Assembly: GCF_018977255.1 (NCBI RefSeq)
Contig: NW_024704745.1
Coordinates: forward strand, 49,352,001 to 49,416,000
From: Callorhinchus milii
Taxonomy: Eukaryota
DNA length: 64,000 nucleotides
Reading direction: 5' to 3'
Numbering within the stretch: position 1 is the first letter of the stretch; the number at the start of each line of letters is the position of its first letter. The notes under the pieces were generated by a model that worked only from the letters and a program-made list of their open reading frames with translations, was not told where the DNA came from and did not search any database. Both the position numbers and the translations under genes were made by a program. Below, in pieces: positions 37,978 through 51,391 of this stretch.

Positions 37978-38682
37978 ATGGCAGGAAATGTGGATGTGTA
38001 CAACTCTTCTGTTCATGACTCCTGCGTTTCTTCGGGGTTCAAAACCCTGTATGAAGAGGGATTACTGTTCGATGTTACTCTGGTCATCGAGGATCACCAG
38101 TTCCAGGCTCACAAGGCACTATTAGCTACACAGAGCGACTACTTTCGAATAATGTTCACAGCAGACATGAGGGAACGGGATCAGAATAAGATCCATCTCA
38201 AAGGTCTCACTCCAACAGGCTTCAGCCATGTCCTTCAGTTCATGTATTATGGCTCCATTGAACTGAACATGAGCACAGTCCACGAGATTCTGCAGGCAGC
38301 CATGTATGTCCAACTAACTGAAGTGGTGAAATTCTGCTGTTCTTTCCTGTTGTCAAAAATCTGCTTGGACAACTGTGCAGAAATTATGCGACTCTTAGAT
38401 GATTTCAGTGTTAATATAGATGGTATCAAAGAGCAACTGGACAAGTTCCTGCTGGACAATTTTGTGCCACTAATGTCTAGAGCTGACTTTCTGTCCTACT
38501 TGAGTGTTGAAAAGCTTTTGTCATGTTTGGAGAATGATCAACTGAGCAGGTTCCCAGAGATTGAGCTGTTTGAGGCAGCACAAGCCTGGCTGAGACATGA
38601 CCGAAGTCGCTGGAGGCACACAGATGCCATTGTTCAAAATGTCAGGTTTTGTCTGATGAACACAACAAACGTTTTGGAAAAG
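37978..38682 (+). CDS. KLHL15: KLHL15 BTB-BACK coding exon (exon starts at 37971)
   Basis: MAGNVDVYNSSVHDSCVSSGFKTLYEEGLLFDVTLVIEDHQFQAHKALLATQSDYFRIMF...; 705 nt; donor GTTAGT. Confidence 0.97.
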
Positions 38683-41600
38683 GTTAGTATGTTTGAACCC
38701 AGTGGCCTAGGGCCGTCTCTTAGCTAAAGTGCTGTATGTATAGTAGGTGATCTAGCTGTGGGAATCTTTTTGCCGGTCTCGTAATCACTGAATTTTTTAC
38801 ATACTTTCTGTCTGCCTCTACCCTCCATTTTTTTTACTAAATTCTTTACATTTGCATTATTTCTTGGGTTGGTGAGGTGTTATTTCAATGTTGTTTAAAA
38901 CATAATTTTATTTCAAAATAAGATAACAAAGGAAATTTTTAAAAAGATGCATCCCAAAGAACCTAACCAAATGTCCCCAATAGTTTCAGTTTTTCCATGT
39001 AAATATCTTTACTGTGTTATAAAACCAGGTGGCAAATTTTAAACCAGAGGGCTTTGTGGTTCTAGTACAGTGTCGTAGCCAAGTGTCTGAGCTACGTTGC
39101 TAGACACTGAGAAGCAGATTCTTGTGATCTTTGGTAGGGCTCTGCTTGCATTGGAACTGGGACCTGGTCCTGCTCCCTTGTACTATGAGGTAGTGTAGTA
39201 TAATGATTGTGAGAATGAATGCTTGAAATAAGATTGTCCCATAAAAGCCCACAGTCAAGGATCCTCATCTTAAGAGTAAAATCAATTCACTGGGCTGATC
39301 CTGAAAATATCCCTGAGGAATTGGCCTGGAGAAAACTTTGGGCGGATTTTCCAGCATTGATGGAAGAACATTTTTGTAACTTTTGTGGGATCGATTTGAA
39401 TTAACGATTGTTTTCGAACCCATGAAGTGAAATATTGCTCTCCTCCAGTCATTTCAGAATTGGTCTTTGTTTAAAGAGATGCTGGTTGTGCTCTTCTTGC
39501 GGTACATCTATGACGAGGAGGGTATTGGGGTAGGGGGTTCTTTTGTATTCGTGAACAAATCTTGTTCAAATCCATCAAACATCTGGATAATAAGTTTAGT
39601 CTTCCACACAGCATGGTGCAGGTCAGGATGTTTGCGACGACAATTAATGAGAAGCTGTGCAGAACCCATTACATTTTTATCCACCACAGTCAAAGCAAAT
39701 ACATGCAAAGAAAGTGGAATATGTAAAGCCAACAAATGTTTATTGGGCAGATCTTGATAATGACCGTGTCCTTTAGAAGACAATTATACTGTAACACTTG
39801 TATCTTTCATATCTGCACAAATCCAGAATTGAGTACATATCCCTGTTTGCAGGATATTCCCTATTATGTCTTCTAACTTTGTGAGGAATGGGTGGAAGCT
39901 AATCATTGAATTTGTGTGAGTGTGGGACGGTTGTTAAACAGGAAATGCTTTGTTCTCTCACTCTTTCTTCTGCTGGCCGTGCACTTTCTGCAACTAAGTG
40001 GCAGTTGGTCAGCCTGGGTTTGGGGTAGGCACTAAGAGACGGGCTGGGATGGGGAATAGCCTGAGCAGTATTCTTTATTCTTCCTTTTGATTCTCCCTTT
40101 CCTCCTATAGGGAGATGCCTCCCCACAGCAGCGTGTCTGAGTAAGGGATTGAACCTGTGTCCTACGCTCCATGGCTCAGTATTGCTGCTCCAGTGCATTG
40201 TGCCTCCATACCATAAGCAATTTATATTTCTATCCAATGGAATTTAATCTACATTCAGAATTTCCATTCACTGATGCAAACATGATTGAACTTAATTTTG
40301 TAAGATTGAGTTCTGACTTAAATCATCCTTTTTAGACCAGCAATATCATCCAAACTTGTATGAAAATCTAATTCCACCATCTTTCCTTTAAGCACAATAA
40401 CCCATAGAAACTTATACCACAGAAGAAGGCCATTTCGCCCATCATGCATACAGTTATAATTAGTAATTATCCATTAAATAAATCAAATGTGTTTCCTGTT
40501 CCAAGTTAGCGTTGTTCTAGTTTCACACAAATATTTCATAACTGTGCTCACTATATATCTTTAGTACATGTTAAATGCTGTATACTATTCACAGCGTAAA
40601 TTGGTGATGCCACATATGGTTTTAATTTAAGTCAAAGCAAAGGGGAAAAGTTTACATCATATTAAGAGTTTTCTGTGGCATAATAGAATTGAGTTGTAGA
40701 GTGTTTGTGCGGATGGATTGTGTTGGAGCTCCAGTCAACTAACCCTCCCTTATTTTCTCATTTCTAATTGTGAGATGGAGGGAAACAGTCAATTTGGCAG
40801 TATTAGCAACTGTAATTGTCATTATTCTTAATGTGAAAATGTACACGTTTGTGATACAATTACAGAAACTTTTTTGAGCAAAATAGATGTGTTTTTTTTG
40901 TTTGTTTGGTGTTTTACTTGGGTTGAAGAGAAAGCGGATTCACACTTTTACAGCTCATATTGTTCAGCAACATGGCAGCCATGCAAAATGGACTGCCTCA
41001 TTTTAAACCCAGCACATGAAAGTGTACGTATTGGGAATAAAAAAACCTGAATAAAAGGCTTGATGAGAAACTGAAACATAGAGCCAGGAATACTCCAGGC
41101 TGTGCTGAGGTAGCCGATCTCTGCTAGAGTGGTAAGAGTGATTGGCTCATCACCTCGGGATAGGGAGGGAAAAATCAGCCAAGTATCTTTGTGCATGTGT
41201 AAATTGCATGAGGCTTTGCTTTGATATCACAATGGTCAAAAGCACTGTGAACACACACACAATAGCCACCTGGACAAAATATCAGCAGCTACCCATGGAG
41301 CTCTCCGAAATAGAAAGAAAAATTGATTAAGACTCAGGAGGGGAGGTGGGGAATAGGATGAGAGGAAAAAGAAAATACAGTAGAATCTGCGACTTGCAGC
41401 AAGATGTTCTGAGCACAGCTAAGGGGAATAAAGGCATGATATGTGATAAGTTTTAAAAAACCTAATGGTAAGTGACCTAGGTTGTAGAAACAGAATAATA
41501 CAGCACAGAAACAGACTATAAAATCTTACAGCACAGACCAAGTCAGCTATTTTTCTCCACACGAGCCTCCTAATCTCATTGCAATCACCTGCTTATCTCC

Positions 41601-44600
41601 CCATACCATTCAATATTCTACTTTTTCAAGCATCCCATCTAATTCCGTCTTACAAGAATTTCTAGACTTAACTTCAACCACAGTTTGTGGTGGACAATTT
41701 CACATTTCAACCTTTTTTCTAACCTTCCGTATAATTTTATGATTGTCTTAAATTAATGCCATGTCCCAAAGGACTTCAAATTTTCTTTTGAAAATATTGT
41801 AGTAGGTAGTAATATAGAAATGTTGTTTTGCCATTTCCCCTGTTAATCAAAAGAAAGCTGGCAGTGTGTCCAGTCCATAAGAGGCTGAGCTTGGAACAGT
41901 GACCTGGACAAAGTTGTGCTCAGCCTCACGGACCAAGAGAATCCTCTGTTGATGCCACATTTAATTCACACATTTTGTCTTGTATTTAAAAACGCTAGTT
42001 TCCAAAATGTGTGCACTAATACAAGTTTTTCTCCAAAGTCTGATAAAACATTTCTGTTCTTTAGGTAATCAAGTAAATTGGATTATTATTTTACTGTTTT
42101 AATTTTCCTTACTGACAAGCAGTCACACAAAAAAATAATAATATACTGCTACATCATCCTTTAATCTATTCCCACTGCCATTATATATGATTTATTATTC
42201 AATTTAAACAGTATTGCACTCATTGTATGTTGAATTTATAGGACTGTGCTTTCTCCATTCTGAGTAAGTGTGTTTACTAGATTTACAACTGACTTCCTTT
42301 TCAGTGCTAAACTTGTTTTTTGTTTTCTTGGAAACTGTAAAATCTCTTGAGATTATCCCATCTGAGGCATGTTGCTGCAATGGAAAACGTGCAACTTGTT
42401 TACACTGGTGAAAGATTACCAGTTCTAAGAATCCTGCACTCAGCTGTTCAAATACGAGTGAAATCAAAGTAACATTGCCCATAAATGTATTCTTGGGGTT
42501 ATCCTAAACTTGTGAGCTCCCCTGGTGTCCTATGGTGTGCTATTGAGCTATACAGTCCAGGAAGTTGCCAGGTTTCATTCCTTAGGGTTGCCAGTCTCGG
42601 GAACGGAAGACATTAGTTAAAGTTCCCCTCATTACTGTCCAGTGACTCCTTCTGGAAATACAACTGACTGATAAAGACTGCATTGTGATGACAAGAATTA
42701 TTGGGTAGCCTAGTGAGACTCGCTGTTCAGGCTCATGGATACTTTGCTGAAGTAAAGGAGGGCTCCAGTTGCCTGCAGAATGGCTCACCAGTTTAGCAGC
42801 AGGGGACAAACTCCCACGATTGTGTTTTAATAAGTTTTCAATTTGTCCAGTTTCCTGTTTCATGAATTCTTTCAACTTTCTTCACCACCTTGTGCCACTG
42901 CACGTGATTTAAAAAGAAATTGATTGGAAAGTCAGCTCAGTCCTGCCACTGTTGTTTTTCCATTTTGTCCATCTGTTCCTAAATGCCCTGCACCGCTTAG
43001 TTATTTATATATCAGTTATTCAGGCGACAGGTCATGAATAAATATAAGGGTGGTTCTTGTGTTTTACATCATTATTTGTGCAAAATACACAATGATAAAT
43101 AATCAAGTGATTTTCTTTTTAATTAAGAAACTATTTCCTGAATTGCACTTACATGCCTACGCGCTCTGGGGCGCTCCCGTGCATGAGGGGTGCTATATAA
43201 ATGCAAGTTGTTGTTGTAAGCCTTCAGTACAAGGTTAGCAGATATGGTTCTACTGCACCTCAGCAATGTATACGAAACAGGAGCATACACTCCAATTGAT
43301 GTATACAACTATAATCTTTGTTGTGCATAAAAACAACTGAGATTTGTTCTGCAATGCCCCTTTTGTTTGTACTAAATAAGAGCAGCCATTATATGCCATT
43401 GTGCAATAATCTTTTATTGCAATATTATTGGAACGTTCCCTTTCTCTGGTCTGTCGCATTATATTACCTAAAGTCCTATTGTAATATGACCAAATGAAGT
43501 CTAGTGTTGCTCGACAGACCCTGAAGCTTAATGCACTGGATTTTATCTACATCAAACTGCGCAAATATCAAAGGGCAGTCGTCACTCAATTTTCAACTTG
43601 GGTGCTGTCTGGGATGGTGGCATGTGTGGAGGATATAGTGTGTGATTTCGAAATTGGTATCAATCATACTCCCTGTTTGGGATGACGATCACATTGAAGT
43701 CTAAAGAATCGGTGTACATAAATTGATCTACTTTTTCCCAAATCTTTTAAAGTATTGTATATGAATTCATTTTCAGAAACAAATGTTCAGCTTCTGTGGT
43801 CTATATCCAGTAAGAGCACTGATGCTCTTGAGTTTGCAAATGAACAAGGATGTCTGGTACAAATAATTGCTACATCGTAGTTGAGAGAGACTTTTGAGTG
43901 CTGTGAAATGCACACTTTGTTCCTGCTGGTTGTACTGATACATAAACTCCAAAGTGTATTGACCTAGTGTGGTATTCAGCTCCGATATATCTGCTGTCAC
44001 ATAATTTGCGATATTTCTTAATGGGATTCTTTACTAACTAATCTTCTGAAAAGTCAAGTCAGTTGGGAGTTTGTGTGTTACACAACGTCCGGTTACTGGA
44101 AGGATTCCCCATTGATGTAACTTGAATTTCTTACTTAAGAAATCTTTTAAGAAGCACTGCAGATTGGACTCTATTGAAACTTGTCTAAATAGTATTTCAT
44201 CAAGGGGAGCTTACCGGTTTAGTAGTTAAACCTGGTATATGTTTTTTAAAAACTTTGTCTTCTAATTCTATTACCACTCCTTTGCCACTTGATGTTTTTT
44301 AACCTTCTGCGGAGATAAGATTCCAGATGTCTGCCGTTTGGTACAAGTACAATATTAAGTAAATTTGTTCTTTACATTCAGTCTTCAGTCACCATCATTG
44401 GTTTGAGTGGGAAAAGTTAAGAGTGGTATCAAATTTTGTTTCAATCCATAGAGTGCCTTGCATCTAATATAATTGCATTGCATTTATGCATGGCAGTACA
44501 GTGTTACCTTTGTTTTGTGATTGGATTCAGGCCAATGCTTCCTTGTCCCTGTAGCTAATTTGCAACAGCTAATGTAGCTAATTTGAGTAACTGGTGCATG

Positions 44601-44689
44601 AAGGCTGGGATTACATTGTGATTAAACTGAAAAGTCACATAGCAGCCTGGAGTTGTAAAAGGTGATTGACCATCTGAACAGAATAATGC

Positions 44690-45080
44690 TGGTGGCGATA
44701 GGACATTGGTGTCTGTAAGTCAAAGGGTGTGGGTTCAAGGACAGGCAAGGCTGCATGAAGTGTCAATGCTGGGAGAGGCTTTTTTGTAGGTGCCATCCTT
44801 TGGATTAAACATTAAACTGAGGTCCCCTCTCCCTTTCCAGGTTAATGTTAAAGATCCTGTGGCACTGTTTGGAAAGAGAACAATTTCTCCCGGTGTCCTA
44901 GCAAAGAATCCCCAAGATAAAATTAATCATTGGCTTTGTGGCTCTTTGTGGGACATTGATGTGCGCAAATTGGCTGTTGAGTTTGCCTACAAATACACAG
45001 TCACTATACTTTAAAGTGATTCCTGTGAAGCGCATTTAAATGATGTGATCAGGTGCTATATCAAATGCAAGGATTATTAT
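44690..45080 (+). mobile_element. Older Deu-domain SINE (SacSINE1/AmnSINE1-like)
   Basis: Contains ggtgccatcctttggat...taaactgaggtcccc...aaagatcctgtggcact...cccggtgtcct...tgtgggacattg...aaattggctg and the L2-like tail, matching my recall of the Deu domain. Confidence 0.7.
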
Positions 45081-45280
45081 CAGCAGTCAGTCATTTTTGT
45101 GAATTGTAGTACAGTGTATTATTTTGGATGGGGACTTCATATTGTAAATCTTTTTGTAAACCAGGATTACCAATCTAACTGGGAGAAAGTATACTATAGG
45201 AACTTCTTTTCTGTGCTATTTGAACGTAATCTCCTCTTCTTCTAAATTGTCAGTTTTATTTTATTCTTGTCTCTTCCCAG

Positions 45281-46390
45281 GTAAAGCCATCTGAATTTTA
45301 TCGCTACTCTCGGCAGCTACGTTTTGAGGTTGAGCAGGCGTTAAATTATTTTCAGAATGTTAATCAGCAGCCACTGCTGGAGATGAAATCTAACCACATC
45401 CGCTCTGCCAAGTCGCAGACAGCAGTTTTCCGAGGAATGATTGGACACAGCATGGTGAATAGTAAGATTCTTCTCCTACACAGGCCTAGAGTCTGGTGGG
45501 AATTGGAAGGCCCTCAGGTACCTTTGCGACCAGATTGTCTTGCTATACTCAACAACTTTGTGTTCCTCTTGGGTGGGGAAGAGCTGGGGCCAGATGGTGA
45601 GTTTCATGCCTCTTCTAAAGTCTTTAGGTATGACCCCCGACAAAATTCATGGTTGAGAATGTCAGACATGTCTGTCCCTCGGTCAGAGTTTGCCGTTGGT
45701 ATTATTGGCAAGTACATCTATGCTGTGGCAGGGAGAACACGAGATGAGACCTTTTATTCAACAGAACGTTATGATATCACGCAAAACAAATGGGAATTCA
45801 TTGATCCCTATCCAGTTAATAAATATGGCCATGAAGGAACTGTTCTCAATAATAAGCTGTACATAACTGGAGGAATAATGTCCTCGTCAACCTCCAAGCA
45901 AGTCTGTGTATTTGATCCCAGTAAAGAAGGGACTGTAGAACAGCGGACAAGGAGAACACAAGTGGTTACAACATGCTGGGAGAACAAGGCCAAAATGAAT
46001 TATGCAAGGTGTTTTCATAAAATGATTGCCCACAATGGGAAACTCTATGTATTTGGTGGAGTGTGTGTAATTTTACGGGCTTCTTTTGAGTCTCAAGGCT
46101 GCCCATCTACAGAAGTTTATGACCCTGATACAGATCAGTGGACTATCCTCGCATCGATGCCGATTGGAAGAAGTGGACATGGGGTGGCAGTAGTTGAAAA
46201 GCAAATAATGGTCCTTGGTGGCCTTTGTTACAATGGTCAGTATAGTGACTCCATACTTACCTTTGATCCAGAGGAAAATAAGTGGAAAGAAGATGAGTAC
46301 CCAAGGATGCCTTGTAAGCTGGACGGCCTGCAAGTCTGCAGCCTTTACTTTCCTGACTTCATATTGGAGCATATTCGACGATGTACCTAA
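45281..46390 (+). CDS. KLHL15: KLHL15 Kelch-repeat last coding exon
   Basis: Acceptor ctcttcccAG, VKPSEFYRYSRQLR...GG-containing Kelch repeats...HIRRCT*. Total 235+369 = 604 aa, equal to the recalled human length. Confidence 0.97.
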   Translation, partial: VKPSEFYRYSRQLRFEVEQALNYFQNVNQQPLLEMKSNHIRSAKSQTAVFRGMIGHSMVNSKILLLHRPRVWWELEGPQVPLRPDCLAILNNFVFLLGGEELGPDGEFHASSKVFRYDPRQNSWLRMSDMSVPRSEFAVGIIGKYIYAVAGRTRDETFYSTERYDITQNKWEFIDPYPVNKYGHEGTVLNNKLYITGGIMSSSTSKQVCVFDPSKEGTVEQRTRRTQVVTTCWENKAKMNYARCFHKMIAHNGKLYVFGGVCVILRASFESQGCPSTEVYDPDTDQWTILASMPIGRSGHGVAVVEKQIMVLGGLCYNGQYSDSILTFDPEENKWKEDEYPRMPCKLDGLQVCSLYFPDFILEHIRRCT

Positions 46391-49007
46391 AATGTGGGTA
46401 TGGCTCAGAATGACTAAGATTTTGTTCTACATTACATTAATTCACTAGTAGGAAAAGTAACATTTTAAGGATTTCTGTCAGAACCAATCATACAGTATTG
46501 CAAACAATATTGTTCTTCACATAGAAGATACTAAGAGAAGCTGCGTACATATTTCCTGTGCATTTCAGTGTTTTTAAAAACAATTATTTTCATTCTGGTA
46601 TGTGGGCTTTGTTGAGATTTTTATTGGTAGATTTTAGATTCATAAACCGTCTGTACCATTTATCTTTACAAACGTATCTTTGCAGACTCTTAAGATGTTG
46701 TTAAGGCAGCTTGTTTGAAGTTTTAAACTGTACTTGACTAGCTCCTAGTTCCCATGCAGCCTCTTACTCACACTTTTGGATTCTGTACAACTTCTGGAGT
46801 GTTTACCATATTTGTCCTGAATCTCTTCACATTTTGCAATTTTTTTTGATTTCCCTCTTTCTACTTTTAATTATTTTGGCCCTTTTTCCCACTTTGTATT
46901 TTTACAGAAATATTTACTTTTCCTTTTTATTTCTATTTGCTAAATCTCTTCTCATGATCAAATCTAACTAAATCAAATGCTCGAGCACAGTAGCAATTGT
47001 GAACAGATTTCATTATTATTATTTCTTTGAAATTGGGACTTTATTTTGCTACAGATAAGACTACTGTGGTCACAAGAATAGGCAAGAACATTGGGGGTGG
47101 GGGAAAATAGGGAAGAAATGTACAATCAAGTAACTGAAAGGAGAACCTTAATGGAAGCATTGAGTCTCTTATTGTATGTATAATTCAGTGGATCTTCTCA
47201 TATTAACTTTTCATAAACACTTGACTACAATCTTCTACTTTTTTAGCTGTATTAAATGAAATGATCATTTTCAGAAATCAAAATTGCTGCAGCATGTGAT
47301 CATTATCCAAGTACTTTAATTCCACGAATGCAAGGTTCATGTAGGATTGCTGGGAGATCCTTTCAGTTACCTGGAGTGTTTCCTGTAACTTTAGATTTCA
47401 TCATTGTTTGATGTATCCAAGATTTGAGCACTAGGATAATTATTTTAAAAAATAAATTACTGTAGTCAAGATTCCACATGGATGTGAGTTGTAATGATCT
47501 GTATTGTGGAGAGGTGCACAATGCAGTTTTATTTTTTAAAAAAAGCTATGTTCTGTTCTAAGAACAAGCCATTTTCTAAAATGCACCTAAATGTATATTT
47601 TTATTACCCTTTCCTTGGTCTCTTTTTCGGAATGAGCAGTATACTTTCTTTGCATATTCATCATAACAATTTATCCTCCACAAAGCTTGCTGTTGAATAT
47701 AGAAATTTATCATTTTCGTCAAATTTTAGAAATCAAAACTTGGACAAGTAATATATGGATTTTATTGCAAGAGAACTAGGAGTCGCTTTGGTCAAACATT
47801 GTAAAAGGAATATCAGGAAGTGTAAAAAGTGTTTTAATGTAAATATTGAATCTTTTACTGTGTGGGAAGATGGGTGTATATCATGTTTCCAACTAAATGT
47901 ATTCAGTTAGCTGTCGTCTTGCAAACTTGGGCTACAGATGAACTAAAATACTGTATTTAAAAATTGATTTTTCGGCACTTTTACACATACAATTGTTTGC
48001 CTTGGTTGTAAGGTTTAAGTGATCTGAAATGAGTTGAGCCTGTCAATTACAAAATGCCAGCTAGGAATGGCTGAGGTGTCATCCACCTTTTGCAGGTCAC
48101 TTAAGTCATTGCAATTCATCCTTTCAGAAATTGTTCTGTATGGTGCATCCTTTGCAAAACGGGTCCATTTTTGTTGGGTTGTAAATCCTATTCCATTAAT
48201 AAAAATAGGCTTTCTACTGAAAGGTATAACATCCACATTATTACTGTTTTGCGACATATCTCCCTGAACTGAATGATCTGCTTTTCATCTGATACCTTTT
48301 TGTGCTGAGGCTAGTTTTTCAATAAGGATCAGGAAAAAGGGTGGCCTTAATGTACAGATCACTTTGAACAGGCACTATGAAACACTGACATTAGTTCCCA
48401 CTGTCCCCCAAACAATTTTGGTAACTTAGTGAAGTCTGGGAGTTAAGTGCCTATAAGTTAAGTTTTGACGCACATTGTCGAGGGTTTCTACAGACAAATT
48501 ACTTTTCAGTGACTAAATTCGGGACACTTAAAAATACACAGCAAATCTAAAGTTTGATGTTCAGTTTCAGGCTTTTGTATGAATTTGTGATGACCCATAA
48601 ATCCTAAATATGGAGCTTGGGGGTTATTTCACTAAAGCAGTCAGTGAGGGGAAGGTATGAAGTGATCTCTTATTTTCTCACTACTGTAACAATGTTTTGT
48701 TTTAAGATAAATCTTATCATTCAAGAGCCACAAATGTACCAGATATTGTATTGTTGAGAACCAGCTCGATCAACAGTAATAGACACTAAGAAACTCAAAA
48801 GGCAGGCCTGAGCTAGAAATGCATTTACGTGTTAAATATTTGTGACTGTTCACATTTTACTATTTATAGCTTCAAATCATTTATATGAACTGTATATCTT
48901 AACTGGAAAAGTTGGAACCACACTGCAGTACAATTCAAATGTCCACCTGATAAGCAGTGGCAAATCTCCACAAAACATTGTGACTTTTTAAAGCTGAAGA
49001 TATTTGT

Positions 49008-49034
49008 AATAAATGTAAAAAAATGTTAAATAAA
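49008..49034 (+). terminator. Candidate KLHL15 distal poly(A) signals (3' UTR about 2.6 kb)
   Basis: AATAAA at 49008-49013 and 49029-49034 after a repeat-poor AU-rich tract, followed by T/GT-rich sequence. Confidence 0.5.
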
Positions 49035-50114
49035 AGTTGACTTTTAAGAGGACCTTATTTTTTTGTCAATGTTGCTTAAGAGATTATTAAACTATTTGCT
49101 ACCTCCACATACTGTTAAACGGAAGAATCTCAGAAATTGTTTTGTGAGCTATATCCCAATTCTGTCAGTTTCTAATGCCAAAGAGTAAACTCGTTTGTTT
49201 TCTAATTTATTGCTCCTACCCTTGTTTTTGTGATAATGTGGCACAGCTCAACATTTTCCTTAATTCATGCAGCCTTGAGCTGAAATAGTGTAGAGGGAGC
49301 ACCCAATAATTGTGCACTTGCATTTCCATCTTTATAAAAATCTGTCGAAGAACAGTGAATACCTTATTCATTCCCGATGATGATACAATTATGGTAACCC
49401 GGTAGGTGTTGACTCATATTGTTGTTGATGGTTTCTTCATTTTCTTCTTGGTCGAATGAAACTTCTCCCAATGGCTCTGTGTTTAAGAGGTTTATAAAGG
49501 TTCCAGGTTTGACTTGATATGCAGCTCTCACTTTTTGAAGCACGTGTCCCCAGTGCATAGGGCAAGTACCTTATGCTGCTCCGAAAGCAGCCACTAGAGG
49601 GTGGATAAGTGCAGTCCACACTTCTGCATTAATTTTCCCTGCTCTGGGGTTGGGAACTCACAAACTGAATCCATGCCTCTTTTTCCTGAGGCTGCAATTC
49701 TAATGAATTTGGATTCTAAGAGGTGGAGGAGTGGGTGAGACTGATACTTCCTACCTGCTCTTTGGCGACTGTGATAAACTTTGAAGTTGGAACTTTTTTT
49801 TTTGTCGGAAATTAAGTTCAATGGAACTAGAGATGTTTGAGCAGAAATCTAAGTGTACCAGCCAGGAATGGAAATGCAAAGTACTGTATAGTACTCCTTC
49901 AATGGGAATCTGATGACAGAATATATCATGCATAAAAGAGACGATGTCTATTAACGAATGAGAACAAATAGCATAATACGCCTGAAAATGTTTCCTCCTT
50001 TCAAAGTCCCACCTGTCCTCAAGCTTTTGATGCTAATTCTGCGTACACCAGAGCTATGTCTTTAACAGTCAACATGGAGGGAGATTTTGAATGGAAAGTT
50101 ACGATAGAAAAGAC

Positions 50115-50760
50115 AGCTTCCCGTCAAATGGTGCAAGAAGGCATGGATGACCAGTTCCATTTTTACAAAGTGGCTTCAGACCTTCAATAGAACAATGCGG
50201 GCACAGAGCAGGCATGTGCTGCTGTTTCTGGACAATGCTCCAGCTCACCCTCACAGCATTTCTACTCTAACCAATGTCAAGTGTTTTTCCCAGCTAACAC
50301 TACATCCATTCTTCAGCCCCTTGACCAGGGCATCATCAAGAATGTCAAGATGCACTACTGGTGGAGTCTTCTACACATGGAGACAGGTTCTTGGAGAGAT
50401 GGCTAAAGGTGTGCAGGCTTCACAAGTCGTGAAATCCATCAATGTTCTTCATGCATTCACCTGGATTCATTCAGCAGTCAACATGGGGTGTAGATCAGCA
50501 ATGAGGAAGTGCTTTGCCAAGGCTGGCTTTAGTGTGGATGAGCCTGTGGAGGACCCTGATGATGATGTACCACTTTGCCAGTTGTTGTCTAAGGCCAGTC
50601 GGTCCCTGTCACTGGACACCCCTATCCTCACTGTCGAGTATGCAACCATCAACAGTGATGTGCCCTCTACTAAGGACTTGAATGAGGGATGGGAAGCGCG
50701 TCTAGTGGGGGAGTTCATACCAGGGACACCGACGGATAGGACAACAACAACACACTGAGA
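50115..50760 (+). mobile_element. Pogo/Tigger (DDE_1) transposase fossil
   Basis: KKAWMTSSIFTKWL...VLLFLDNAPAHP, then after a frameshift FPANTTSILQPLDQGIIKNVKMHY; these are canonical pogo/TIGD motifs. Confidence 0.88.
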
Positions 50761-50894
50761 CCCAGGGGAATATTTTAGACCACTCGTGCCTAAAACTTTT
50801 GATATTTAATTCACTACCAGATTAATTTGCAACAGTGGATTAAAGAATTTACATTTTTATGGTGGATCAAAGTATTTCACAAGAAATTGCTGTA

Positions 50895-51391
50895 AACAAC
50901 AACAACAACAAGATTCCATTTATAAAGCGCCTTTCACGTCAGGAGGACGTCCCAAGGCGCTGCACAGTTGGGTCATGACCCGAGCAGGGGGGAAATGGTC
51001 AGGGTGAGGGGAGGGAAGGGAGGGAGCGAGGAGGGGGAAATGGTCAGGGTGAGGGGAGGGAAGGGAGGGAGCGAGGAGGGGGAAGAGAGTCGAGAGGGGA
51101 GCTGAAGGCACGGTCAAAGAGAAAGGTTTTGAGACCGGCCTTGAAGGAGGAAAGGGAGGAAGCAAGGCGAAGGCACTGGGGGATGGAGTTCCAGAGCCTC
51201 GGGGCTGAGAGGCTGAAGGCCCGACCACCGATGGTAGGGCGGTTGGGGCGGGGGACGTGGAGCAGACCAGAGCCAGAGGAACGGAGGGTACGGGCAGGTA
51301 GGTAGGGGGATAGTAGGTTGGAGAGGTAGGAGGGAGCAAGGCCGTGAATGGCCTTGTAGGTGAGGATGAGGATCTTGAAATCAATCCTCTG
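50895..51391 (-). mobile_element. L2-clade LINE 3' end with a 45-bp internal tandem duplication
   Basis: Closely similar to the 10866-11385 copy. Duplicated unit at 50988-51032 and 51033-51077. Confidence 0.9.

Noticed and set aside
49364-49933. Cluster of short minus-strand ORFs downstream of CXorf58
   Set aside because: Frames are interrupted, there is no recognisable homology, and no phase-consistent splice path was found.
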